From Auanema rhodensis (lineage: Eukaryota; Animalia; Nematoda), in NCBI GenBank assembly GCA_964057225.1, contig OZ059897.1, forward strand, positions 7,130,001 to 7,194,000: a DNA stretch of 64,000 bases, read 5' to 3'. The position numbers were made by a program, and so were the translations under genes. Each line of letters starts with the position of its first letter. Positions within the stretch are counted from its first letter, which is position 1. This document shows positions 15,327 to 26,633 of the stretch, in pieces. The notes under the pieces were generated by a model. The model did no database searches, had not been told where the DNA came from, and worked only from the letters and a program-made list of their open reading frames with translations.

Positions 15327-16427
15327 TGAGAGGAGAGGAAGAAAGTGAGATGGATCAATGTCTGAGAAAAACATTAAAATGTATTTTGAGAAGAGATTTA
15401 AAAAAAAATAGAAAATTAGTAGATTTAAATCAATTTTTTCCCCTTCCGACTAGTTTTTCATTGAAAAAATAGCGCTGAAGAATGGAATTGTAGTACATTT
15501 ACTGTTTGCATAAAAGCTGAGCCATCTGGAAATCAAAACAAGAATAAGTAATTTTGTCTGTGATTACACAAGTACATGTTTGAGACTTGACTTTGAAAAT
15601 ATAGAAAAAAAGTAGAAAAACTATGAGATAGAATAAGCATCTGTTTGATAAATAATATGAGAATTATATAAATGATTCTACGGCCTTATTGTATGATTCA
15701 CGCCTTTCACCCCTTCAGGCAATTTTTTAAATTCAAAAGTGACAATAGTGCTCAGTATATGCCGTAGATTTGTGTTTTTTTTAACTTTGTTTGCAGAACG
15801 ACGATGAGCTGAGAATCTAGATTGTGAAGAAGAAAAAAAGAAAAAAAACTGTGGAGGGGGGGGGGGGTGAGAGATGTTATAGAAGAGGAAGAATGGATGA
15901 TCATGTTCGTTGTGATGGAAGCAATGTCCTAAATGCTTGCGCCTTCTTTCATCTGCATCAATCAGAAGATAACAATTTAGAGAAAATGATAGCTAAAAGA
16001 AGATTTTTTTTGTATTTTTGAAATCAGTACAATGAATAATTAATTATATTTTATGATTAATATCTAAAATATGATTAGAGAACAAGCTATTTTTCAATTG
16101 AATCAATTCAATAGACAATACAGATCCATGGTTACAGTCAGCTCAAAGAGAATGAAGTACAAGAGTAACTGGAATTCTGATTGTATATACACATATGTAT
16201 GTATTTGCAAATAACCTCTCATCTAATCTCAAAAACGGATTTTAAATGAACTTTTTTGTATTTTATAAAAAAAAAAAGTTTTTGAATGAACATGCTGTGA
16301 AACTGGTTAATAAGGAGCTTACTGTATTTTAGGATAAAGATTCAATGATAGGCTAAAAGAGCGTATTAGGAAACCGATACTGTAAGTCTCTGATACTTCA
16401 CAACCTTCACTTCAAACCGGAGGGGGA

Positions 16428-16469
<42 letters not shown>

Positions 16470-19194
16470 ATGTACTTAGCTACCTCTTAATCTGTTTTTA
16501 TAAAATGTTTTTAAGTGATATAATGATGTCAATTACTTTATTCTAAGAACCAAAATAAAAATAATAAATGGATAAGATCATGTAAAATATTCTTTCAAAC
16601 TCATCTGAAGTGCTTATTGAGAAATTGCAGATGAATTTATAAGAATTAAACGACACAAAAAGAAAAAAAAGAAAAACCACTACATATGAATTACCACTCA
16701 TTCTTATGCTGAATTCGCTCTACATCTCCAACTCTTTTAATAATTCTCCCTCTCTCTCTCTCTCCTTCTCTCTCTTCATTCAACTGTGAAGTTGTTAGTT
16801 TGTGAAACGGAAAGAAGAGGAGGAGACGACGACCGGTGTGCTTGTTGACGAAAAAAGGAAAAAAGCGAGAATAGTTGTCATCGGAGTGTTGAAAATGCAT
16901 GACGATGAGAGAGGACCGACTACGAACAATCATATGGTTATGAGGGGATGTGAATGGCTAATATGCTGGTGTGGACGTCCAGCAAAATGAGTAAATCGGA
17001 GAAATAGAGTCACCTTTAGGGCCAGAAGATGAAAGAGTAAAAGATTAAAGACAGACAAAGACATGAATGAAGATGAAGAATGATCATAGCAGTAGGTAAT
17101 AGAAGAGGATGAGTACGCTGTAGTTGTAGTTGAAGGTGTTACATAGTTCAATTTTTCAGATGAATTTCATTGAAAACGAGGCATAATCAAGGTCAAATAT
17201 GAAGTTATATTGTAAAAATTATTTTCAATGAATACATACATCACATATACACATGTAATTCTATTTAAAATCATTTCTCAGACATTCATATTCAATGAAC
17301 TTTGGTTGAAAAAACTGCATGTGATTTGAGAAAGTTGGAAGGACAATATGCTAGGCAATATGCATTAATCATTATAAATTTTATGAGAAAAATGAAGGAA
17401 AAAAGGCAAATTTACTTGAAATTTCAATAAAATATTTAATTTTTCTTTCAAATAAACTGTGAGAATGGAGTCAATTTGATTGGACTGTTTTCAATTTTAT
17501 CCGTATTCTGGCTCTTTATATAACAGCTTGTCTATCGGGCTGTATGTCTTGACGTCATGTCTTTCTTGATCAGTTTTCAACAAGCCTTGGAGGCTTTTTG
17601 TTTGTAAAATTGGTCTGTGGAAGGTCTTTCACTGACTATCTGAAGCCAAATAGCTGACGTGTCCAGAATATACAGCATGAGCTGCTTCTGTGGCGGCGGC
17701 TACGGCCGCTGTCTCACTGTTCCATTCTATTTGCCTTCATTATTTAGATATACAACTTCAACGTGAATAAATGCTCAAGACTGAATCAAGCTTTTACAGC
17801 CTGAACAGGCAGACCATCAAGTTTTTTCTATTCAATTAACTTCAAAGGAATATGGAGACGAGAGACCGGAAACATGGACCATCGTTCAAGGATGTCCTTC
17901 TCTTCTTTTGTCCATTCGTTGTACTTTCCACATGCTTGATAGCCAGGTATTCTCGTACTTTCTTTTTAATTTTACGAATTATCGTTCTGGGTTCTGATGA
18001 AACCACAGACTTACAGTAAAACAAAACTATTTGTAAGCCCCTTAAGCCATAGTTTATTGACAATATTGCAATGAGCCATTAGAATTCAGGTTTATGATAG
18101 CTTCCGATGCTGTCACAACGTTGTGGGCATCAGCCACGTCATCTGGTGATCTGCTACGGAAATCTTTAAATCTGTTGACGATGATCTAGACATGCTGTTT
18201 GAGGCTAACATCCAGAAACATGATTCATAATTCATACAAAACAGGTGTGGAAAAAGGAAAGACAGATTACAGAAAAATAAACAAAAAATATGATTTGAAG
18301 AGCTGGCATAGTGAGTGATCGATTCTAACTCAGTTTTAAATGACAATTTCTTTGGATAAACAGCATAATATTTACTTTTTCTGACCTTCAAAACCTTCAC
18401 AAAGACGAAAAAAACATTAAAATTGAGTTTATATTTTCGGGAAAAAAAAGTAAAAATTGTGTTGTATCAATGAGATTGTATGGAAGAGGAAGTTGTTGAT
18501 ACTTTTCTCCCCCATATCCCCAGATTTGACATCATATCACATCATAACCCGTTGTCGTTCAATGTTATTTCAAATTTTTTTTTGTTTTTTGAAATATAAT
18601 GGAAATACTTGTTATAAATAATATATTTTATTATAAATTAAGTATAGTATATAACTAACATGGTGATGATGAGGTAAGTGGATAATACCAGTTTCATTCA
18701 AAAATCTATGAAATTCGTTTTTCGTTATCGAAATACCGTAACCATTAGTAGTGATGTGATGTAATACAATGCCATTATTTCTATAGGGATGTATGAAGAA
18801 AAACTGAGAATACAGTTGAATGACAAAGCTTTTTATATAATTCTCTTTGTATTTTATACATAACTTCGTTATCTTGAAGATAGATAATTGATAGATTATT
18901 AAGAAAATGACAAAAATCAGGAGATATAGAGAGAAAGAGGTGGAGTACCAATTTCATTTCTTTCTGCAGAATCTTTTTCTAATTGTCTAATGATAAGCTG
19001 TTTGTCTTCACATAATACAATAACACATCCAATATGTAATACGGAAATAGGGATGATGATGATGATACATATGATGTGTACGTACTTACAGTATACATAA
19101 ATAATCTTAAAATAGCAAAAATTCAATTTTCAATTTCTAGAATGGTTGGCAAATATTATGATCTTCAATATATTTTTTTATATGAAGAAGATAA

Positions 19195-19265
<71 letters not shown>

Positions 19266-19774
19266 GGACTGATAATAATTTTAAATAATATATCTTAGAA
19301 ATGCTCAACTTACAGGCTCATATTCATATTGTCGATACGGTGGAATGCCAAAAAGTCTCATCTTGGTAACAAAATGAGTTTGGAGAGTGATGGAGTAGTT
19401 TTAGAAAGTGATGATTTGTTTGGAATGAAAGGATAATGTAGAATATTTGGTATAGAATAGCCGAAGGGGATAAAAGATGGAAATGTTTGAGATAACTAAC
19501 TGGACATTCTATACTAAGAACTATAATCCGGATTACAAATTATAGAGAACTTGGATGAAATACCTGACACAATAGTGAAAGTATATCAGAATAGCAGAGA
19601 AAATAATAAGGAAAACTAGGTAAATACCGTATAATCGTGGAGTTAAGTTCGTTTTTTTTTCCAACATTTTCAGCCATAAATGGCAAAAACGGAGGAAACA
19701 TTGCCCAAGTTTTAGAAAAAGTTGAAAATATCACAAACCTGAGCTTGTTCGCAATCTACACGTATCATCGTCAT
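5175..19774 (-). CDS. Uncharacterised single-pass (type II-like) membrane protein with a long Q/N/P-rich C-terminal region
   Basis: About 18 short phase-compatible GT-AG exons from 9419 down to the stop at 5175: VHQPRMKVFTVG..; TM ILSWCIGAFFIVLLCLTISEI; SYNRQRDQAYLRLKWAELRQRMLGYELL; DARFVFLRNILEKMRQKASDLGLTGDMQVHVIEV; poly-N tract; end FFQIDYPN*. A candidate first exon 19774-19739 (MTMIRVDCEQAQ, donor CAG|GTTTGT) splices in frame to 9419; otherwise the start is the ATG at 9404. Confidence 0.82.
10893..10960 (+). repeat. (CAT)n/(CAC)n trinucleotide microsatellite, intronic
   Basis: Direct reading; explains the poly-M and poly-S ORFs in the track. Confidence 0.9.
19198..19266 (+). repeat. (GA)n microsatellite; other GA/CT tracts near 12111, 15288, 16430
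   Basis: Direct reading. Confidence 0.95.
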
Positions 19775-20457
19775 TAGCAGCTAGCAGTTCGAATATAATG
19801 AATTTGAGTCGTCTGGCTCGTTTAATTTCAGCTTTTCTTTGAGTTTTCTTTGAATTTTTTGCTTCTACGATTAAAGATAAGAAATTTTGACTTGACAGAA
19901 GAAAAGTAAATATTTCGCACTTCTAACAGCATTCGTTTGCCATGATTTTGATGGATGGAATTTAACAGAAGAGAATTAAAATGAATGAATAGATATTGCA
20001 CTTATTCTTGATTTTCTCTTATTTTTTGAAGAAAAAATAAAATGAATTAGCAAATGAAATAGACATTTGCAACTTAATTTTACAGATTAATCACATTTTC
20101 ATGTAAATTCTATGAAAACATTTCTGATATTTGTTTCCTCCTCACCATAACAGTCGATGAATTACACATTTGATTTGCTTAATTCTATAGATTTTTAAAA
20201 TATATTCATGATATTCATAGGAACGTTTAGCTTTTATCCGAACTGATTTTATTTCAAAAAAACTCAATATTTATCTTTTCTTTTTAATTTTTTTATTTGC
20301 CGAAGAGTTGAGTCTTAACGATTATGTGGTTTAGATATTGAAGTTCATAAGTAAATTCACAATTTTGATTGAAAATTGCTAAAAATTCACTCAAACTGAA
20401 CATAATCAACGTGGTCCGAGCTTATGTTATAGGTTAATCAACGTATTCTAAGTATAA

Positions 20458-20645
20458 TGATAACAAAAATTAAAAATATTATGTGATAATAGAATATAAA
20501 ATCAAAATAATTATTTTATAACAGAAAAAGTGATTAGAAGCATAAATATGATGTGATAATTGACAACATATCTCTTACTTATCAACAAAAAATTAATTTT
20601 TGGACCAAAAAGTGACGATAAAGATTTCAATTGGAAGTATATAAA
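20458..20645 (+). promoter_or_regulatory. Lysozyme promoter: GATA (TGATAA) cluster and TATA box
   Basis: TGATAA at 20458, 20484 and 20554, TTATCA at 20579, CGATAA at 20616, TATATAAA near 20638. This is the usual pattern for ELT-2-type intestinal genes in nematodes. Confidence 0.65.
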
Positions 20646-20699
20646 CCACCCAATTCTTCATAGTTCAACCCAAATCATCTTCTTCAATCGTGTTCAAGA

Positions 20700-20927
20700 A
20701 TGCGATACTGTTTCCTTCTAGGCTTCATCCTTCTTGCCGTTGTGCCAGCAGAGGTGAGGCAGTACAGTTGCAGAGTTTCATACTGTACTTCTTCAATGCT
20801 TTAGGCTAAACCTGTTGACACTATAGATGGAGTGGATTTTACTCAACCAGCAACTAATAAGCAAATGGAATGTTTGAAAGAGAATAAGATTGATAGAGCT
20901 TTCATCAGGTAACATCCACAATCAAAG

Positions 20928-20977
<50 letters not shown>

Positions 20978-21713
20978 ACTTCTAAATATATTTCAGAGCT
21001 TATGTTCCATTAAACGGAGGAATGTTTGATAGTAATGCTTGTAATACTTTGTTAAATATTTATAGTAAGTGGTTTTATTCCTTATTGGAAAGATAAAATG
21101 AAATTTTTTCTTTTCTAGATGACTTCTACGCTCAGATTTACATGGTACCATCACCTAAAGGATCTAAGAGTGGAGCTGATCAGTTTAATGAAATGTACAA
21201 TGGATTTGATAATTGTGGTTCAAATCAAACATTTTTCTATTTACATGTAATAGTTTTAATAGAAATCGAAGATGATTTGTTCATTTTCAGGTTACATCTC
21301 CACAGAATTGGAATGCTAATCCAACTGCTAACATCAAATTCTTGAAAGATGTAGTTGTTGCTGCTAATCTTAAGGTTAGAAATCTAATTCAAATGAAATA
21401 TTTTACATTTGACACAGGGCTGGGACGTTGCTATTCATACTGATCAACCAAGTTGGAAAGCCATCACCAACAACATGAATTATCATGATTTACAAGCTAA
21501 ATCTACAATCAATTTGTGGTATTTCTTATTAGAAAATGTTTGAATCTTTCATATTTCAATAGGGTTGCTAATGCACAAGCTCCACAAAATTTGGGAGATT
21601 TCAAGCCATTTGGTGGATGGACAGCTGGTGATGTTCTTGCCATGCAATATGATAAACCTATTACCGTTTGTGGAGTAGCCTGTAAGCAGGATAAGCTGTT
21701 TACAAGAAAATAA
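20700..21713 (+). CDS. lys: Protist-type (GH25-like) lysozyme, copy A, ~229 aa, 7 exons
   Basis: Signal peptide MRYCFLLGFILLAVVPAE; GVDFTQP..ECLKENKIDRAFIRAY; IYMVPSPKGSKSGADQFNEMY; LHVTSPQNW; DFKPFGGW..QY; all introns GT-AG and in phase. Confidence 0.93.
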
Positions 21714-21789
21714 AGTTAGAATAATCGTTGTTTATTCTCTTCTTTTTGAAAAATAAAACTTGAAAATGCTTTTTCTTCTTCTTTTTCTT

Positions 21790-22061
21790 CGATGCAGATG
21801 AATTTGATACAATCAGTAGCTGATATACAGATGAGATCAGAAGTACTCTTATCACGTAATCCCATATCTATCTCTCTGAACCCTGAAGAGCTTATACCTC
21901 AACTAATCAGAAATCCTGGAATACAATCCAAGTTGGGATGCAAACTAAGAATTTTGAGTTTTTCTATTGGAAGAACAACCGCTCATCGTTGTCTCGAAAC
22001 GAAAAATGAAAATTTGAATCCGAATTGTTGGTTTCTAATTCTTATCCTTACATGATAACAT
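21790..22061 (+). pseudogene. Lysozyme pseudogene fragment (exon 2 to part of exon 4), truncated at the duplication boundary
   Basis: Degenerate copy of the remnant at 37842-38150 (QSVAD.QM..LI; RAY-like exon 3 start; YM..). Splice donors are mutated and exon 1 is missing. Confidence 0.7.
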
Positions 22062-22579
22062 GACTTGTGACATGAAAATCAGAGGAAAATTTTCTTAATT
22101 TTCAGTTTTATCTTTTGAAACATGTGTGTCAACAGAGGTATAGCTAAGTATATACACATAGATCGTGTTATCATTCAAGATATTCAAATAAAAAATATTT
22201 TAATTCATGAATTAAACTTTATTTTTATATTAGTTGCAACTGTCATACTGTACGAATTCTATTTCTTTGTAAATTTCAACATATTACAGAAAATTCCATC
22301 ATTGAATAGATTTCTGACAGCTAATTCCTGAACCTCAAACATATTATCTTAACCATTCAAAAAAATCAAACAGATTAGTAAGGTTTTATGAAATATAAAA
22401 CAATTACATCTTCGGAATTGAATTGTTAACTTCAAACTTCCAACACAGAAGAAGCCCCATTTCTTCCACCGATAATGTTATTGAAATTCAATATCGTAAA
22501 AGCCGAACTGTTTGTAGATTCACTTGTAACACCAACTACTTAAAACTTAAATTTAAACTTAACTGATTAACATACATCT

Positions 22580-22728
22580 TTATGATTTTTGGATATTTCA
22601 AATCTTATGAGACGAACATGCTCACCTGTTCTTGTTCCTGTCTTTATATTTACAATTGCTTCCAATGTTTAATGTTCTTTTGAATTCAATTTAATAAAAT
22701 CAATTTATTAATTACTTTATGATGTATT
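22580..22728 (+). pseudogene. Orphan copy of the 3'UTR/polyA region of lysozyme 2
   Basis: Aligns with 25038-25215 (TATGATTTTTGGATATTTC..GAGACGAAC.TGCTCACCTGTT..TTCTTTTGAATTCAATTTAATAAAATCAATTTATTAAT) with two deletions; no upstream coding sequence. Confidence 0.8.
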
Positions 22729-23974
22729 TCAAGGATTTTTTAAATTATTTAATTAAAATAATAAACAACATCATTACTATATTGATTATAGAGTACATAG
22801 CCTAAAGAAGAAAAGTAAAGAAATACAAACTAAATTGATAAATTATAAAACCAAAAATTGAAATCTGAAGTTACCTGTAACATAACTTAACCAAAAATAA
22901 AAAATAATTCAGTTAAACCTTGAATTGAACTGTTTTATAATTTCTATTTCTATAATGAATATCATAAGCTCAATATAGTAAATGGAATTGAAACGGTTTG
23001 GCAGATAGTGTGATGGATAGAAAGCTTGAACATACATTCAAAACTCATATCAGCTATCAACTATAAAGAATAAAAATGAAAATATTTTAACAGCAGACAT
23101 CAGATTGGTTACGCCCTAACATCATTTTTTTTCTCAAATCAACTAGAATTGTGATAAAAATAAAATTATCTTCAAGTAGTTTCTTCTATTTCATCGTAAA
23201 CATGATAAGTAGTATCAAAGCAATTTGATAATCAACTTACTGTTGACATCATCAATGGAAATAGAATAAGAAAAGCTGGATATCTTTTAGATAAAATATA
23301 AAATTAAATATTCTTTTAAAGCTTAATCCTTATGATTATATTTTATAAAAAACATTCATTTCAGACAAAAATAAATCGTTGAGCTCGTTCAAAAAAAAAG
23401 GTTTTCGAGATTTTTTTCAATAAAACATCTTACAATGAAAATATTATCAAATATATAAACATTTTAGTTTAATTTGACTTTAAAAACAACAATAAGTCTT
23501 CTGAATAATTCTGAACTATGAATATCTTCTGAATACTTACATAAAGCTAATTACATCGTGAATTATCACCCAAATAAGTTAATTTAATGAAAATTCCAAA
23601 TAAAATAAGAAGGTAAAGATTTATATCATGAATGTTCAAAGTTTTGATATTAAAACACAAAGATGGAATACGAAGTCTAAAAGAATGATCTATAACTCTG
23701 ATTTTGATAAGAATGGTGGAAAAGTTTGCGTACGATATGCTATCTTGAAGATACCGGAAACAATTTGACTTTTGGAATTAATCGCTTATGGTACACAATA
23801 ACTGAGAGAAACAACGAGAAAGAGAGAGAGAGAACGACAATAGGAGGAAGGGGAAATGTGAAAGTGAGAAAGAGTACTTCGTAGCATTATCTTTGAGGAC
23901 TGCTCTCATAAGCAGCATATATAGCGATGTGTTTCACAAATTATTACACTGTGTTGAACGCTTTGTCTTCCAAA

Positions 23975-25007
23975 ATGAAGTTGCTCTGTATTCTCGTCAG
24001 CATCTTTATAGCTTCTGAGGCAGTACTGGTTCGAACATAGTTAGAATATCTTTTAATCTTTGCATATTTAAGCATCGGAAAGCAGTTGATGTCAAACAGC
24101 CGCTAACACAAGCCCAGGTTTTGTGTATGGACTTAAACCTTAGCATCAGTAAGATGTTTATTAGGTATTTTCAACATCACCTGTTTTGATTTACCTCGTT
24201 TGAATCTTTTTCAGAGCTTATACATCTCAAAATGGTGGAATGGTTGATCATAATGTATGTAATACATACCAATTAACTAAAAACAGTAAGTTATATCATA
24301 TATAACTAAGCTAAACAAGAACAACCACTCAGCGCAGTCTTCAAAATAGAAATGAAAATTTGAATTTGAAATGTTATAGGTAATATTGAAGCCGCAATTT
24401 ACATGGAACCATCTCCAAGAGGAACTAAAACAGGAGCAGCTCAGTTCAAGGAGATGAGCAAAGTTCTGAAGGGTTTCAGTTGCATGTACGATGCTCCCAT
24501 AATCAATTCTTATCTTTGGGTACAGCAATACTTCTGAGATTCCTTATCTTATGCATATTCTATAGGTTTCTTCACCAAATAATTGGAACGAAGATACATC
24601 GAAGAATAACCAATTAATCAAAGATATTCTTGCTGCTGCAGCTGGTAACTCTAAGGCAGGCACTTAAAGCATTTAACTTTAATATTAATCTTTTTGGATT
24701 TAGTTTACGCGAATGGGTATCTATACTAATGCTGATGATTGGGCTAAAATTACTGGAAATGTCAACAACGCATTACTATCTGGTGATAATGAACCTCTTT
24801 CATTATGGTATTTCTTATATTGAACATTGGCTAAGTATGATATCTATTTTCAGGTGGAACAATGGTGCATCTGGAAACAGTACTATGACACTAGATGGAT
24901 TCAAGCCATTCGGTGGATGGACAAGCTATTATGCTAACATCGTACAATATTCCCAAGAAGAACTTGTTTGTACAGCTATATGCAACAGGAATTTCTATTC
25001 TGTCTAA
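23975..25007 (+). CDS. lys: Protist-type (GH25-like) lysozyme 2, divergent paralog, 7 exons
   Basis: Signal peptide MKLLCILVSIFIASEA; AVDVKQPL..CM..KMFIRAY; IYMEPSPRGTKTGAAQFKEM; LWVSSPNNW; GIYTNADDWAKITG; GFKPFGGW..QYS..VC. Same intron positions as copy A; intron 5 needs a GC donor. Confidence 0.88.
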
Positions 25008-26633
25008 TTGAATATTTAACATACGTGAGGCAATTGTTATGATTTTTGGATATTTCTAAGCTTATGAGACGAACTTGCTCACCTGTTTGAGAGGCTTGTA
25101 CTAAGGTTCTTGTTCCTGTCATTAAGTTTTTATATTCACAATTACTTCCAATGTTTGATGTTCTTTTGAATTCAATTTAATAAAATCAATTTATTAATCA
25201 TTTTATGGTGTTTTTGACATGAGAAAGGCGATATGATATCAAAAAGTTTTTGATTAATCACACTATATGTGACTTTTCCAGATTAAGTTATGTGATGTTG
25301 ATAGGTAATAATATCAAAGAAATGCCTTTTCTATTGTTCTCCTTAAGCCTAAGCTGTGAAGCTGAATGAATATTCATCGAATACATCTAGATGTATCTAA
25401 TTTCATAAACATCGTCATGCAGAAAATTGAAAAAAATCAGAAATAGTCTCAGCTACAAACAGAGAAAATTTTTTTTTTGAACTCAAGAATATTGAAAAGC
25501 TTTAAGCACAAGTGCAAGTGATGCAGCTTTGTTGAGTTAACAGACGTTACTTGTGAGCAAGACTTGATAACAATAATGGGTCAAAGATAAACGAGAAGCA
25601 ACAAATCTTTAAAATAATAAATTATCGCAAGAAAAGACAGATATCAGATTATTCTTATCAATAACATATGTATGTAGATATACAATCAGTTTCGTTTTGA
25701 ATCAAATAATGTTTTGAAACCAAATACTGAAGATATCATTTTCCACAGAAGTATAGAAACAGTCTGATATCATTCAGTTAATTTCTTTATTTTATGAAGA
25801 AGAGCTATCATGATCCTTCAGCAAAACTCTTCTACTCTTCGGTATTGTCACAGCACAGGTTTTATGAGATTTTCTTTAGGCTTTTCCTTTATTTTCAAAT
25901 ACTTTAGAATGAATCAAAGCTACAACTACTGAAGAATCAGTAAGTAATAGCAGAACTCTTGAGCATGAAGTCATAGATTTGACACAATCACTCAACTTTT
26001 TCAAAATTCATAACTTTCAACTTTAAACTTTAATGTTTAAAAATCAATACATTGTACATGTGTTTTCTTCTATTTGCTTTTTTAAAAAAAGTATTTTTGA
26101 TAAATTCCATATATGCTAATTTCCACGTGGCACGTTTTTCTTTTGTTTTTTTCACAAATTATTCTCATTTGAAATTTGAAATTGTATATTTAATCTTGAT
26201 GTTTGAATATAATTATTCTAATTTAATCAATATATTATTCTAATATTTATTTTAATAAGTGAAACATTGATATATTTCAATAATAAAAATGATTTTAGAG
26301 AAAAGTATATTATAAACTAATCCGAATTATTCTAACTATATAAATATAATAATTCATATTTATTATGATAAACTTAAATCTTAATTTTCTTTTCAATAAT
26401 TCTAAATTCTAAGTTTTAGTTTTGAAAAAAAAAATAAAGATTTTTGTTTAGAATAAACAACAGACAGAATTGTTCAGACAACCCGAATACTCTGAAGTAC
26501 TGATTCGTATGCTTCTTGTCAAGCCTGTTTTGAGAGAAAATTTGAATTTTATTTTATAAGAAAAAAAAGGGAAAGAAATGGGCAAATTGTCTGAGATATT
26601 ATTCTATTTTGCAACAAATTGTTTGTAAAATAT

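Larger units (their letters stand above)
20315..22061 (+). repeat. Left arm of ~1.8-kb inverted segmental duplication (partner 37842-39647)
   Basis: Reverse complement of 37842-39647. The ORF-track translations 21142/38592 and 21516/38224 are identical. Confidence 0.95.

Noticed and set aside
25805-25945. Signal-peptide-like mini exon with an intron
   Set aside because: The ATG is out of frame with the hydrophobic stretch and there is no continuation; at most an unidentifiable remnant.
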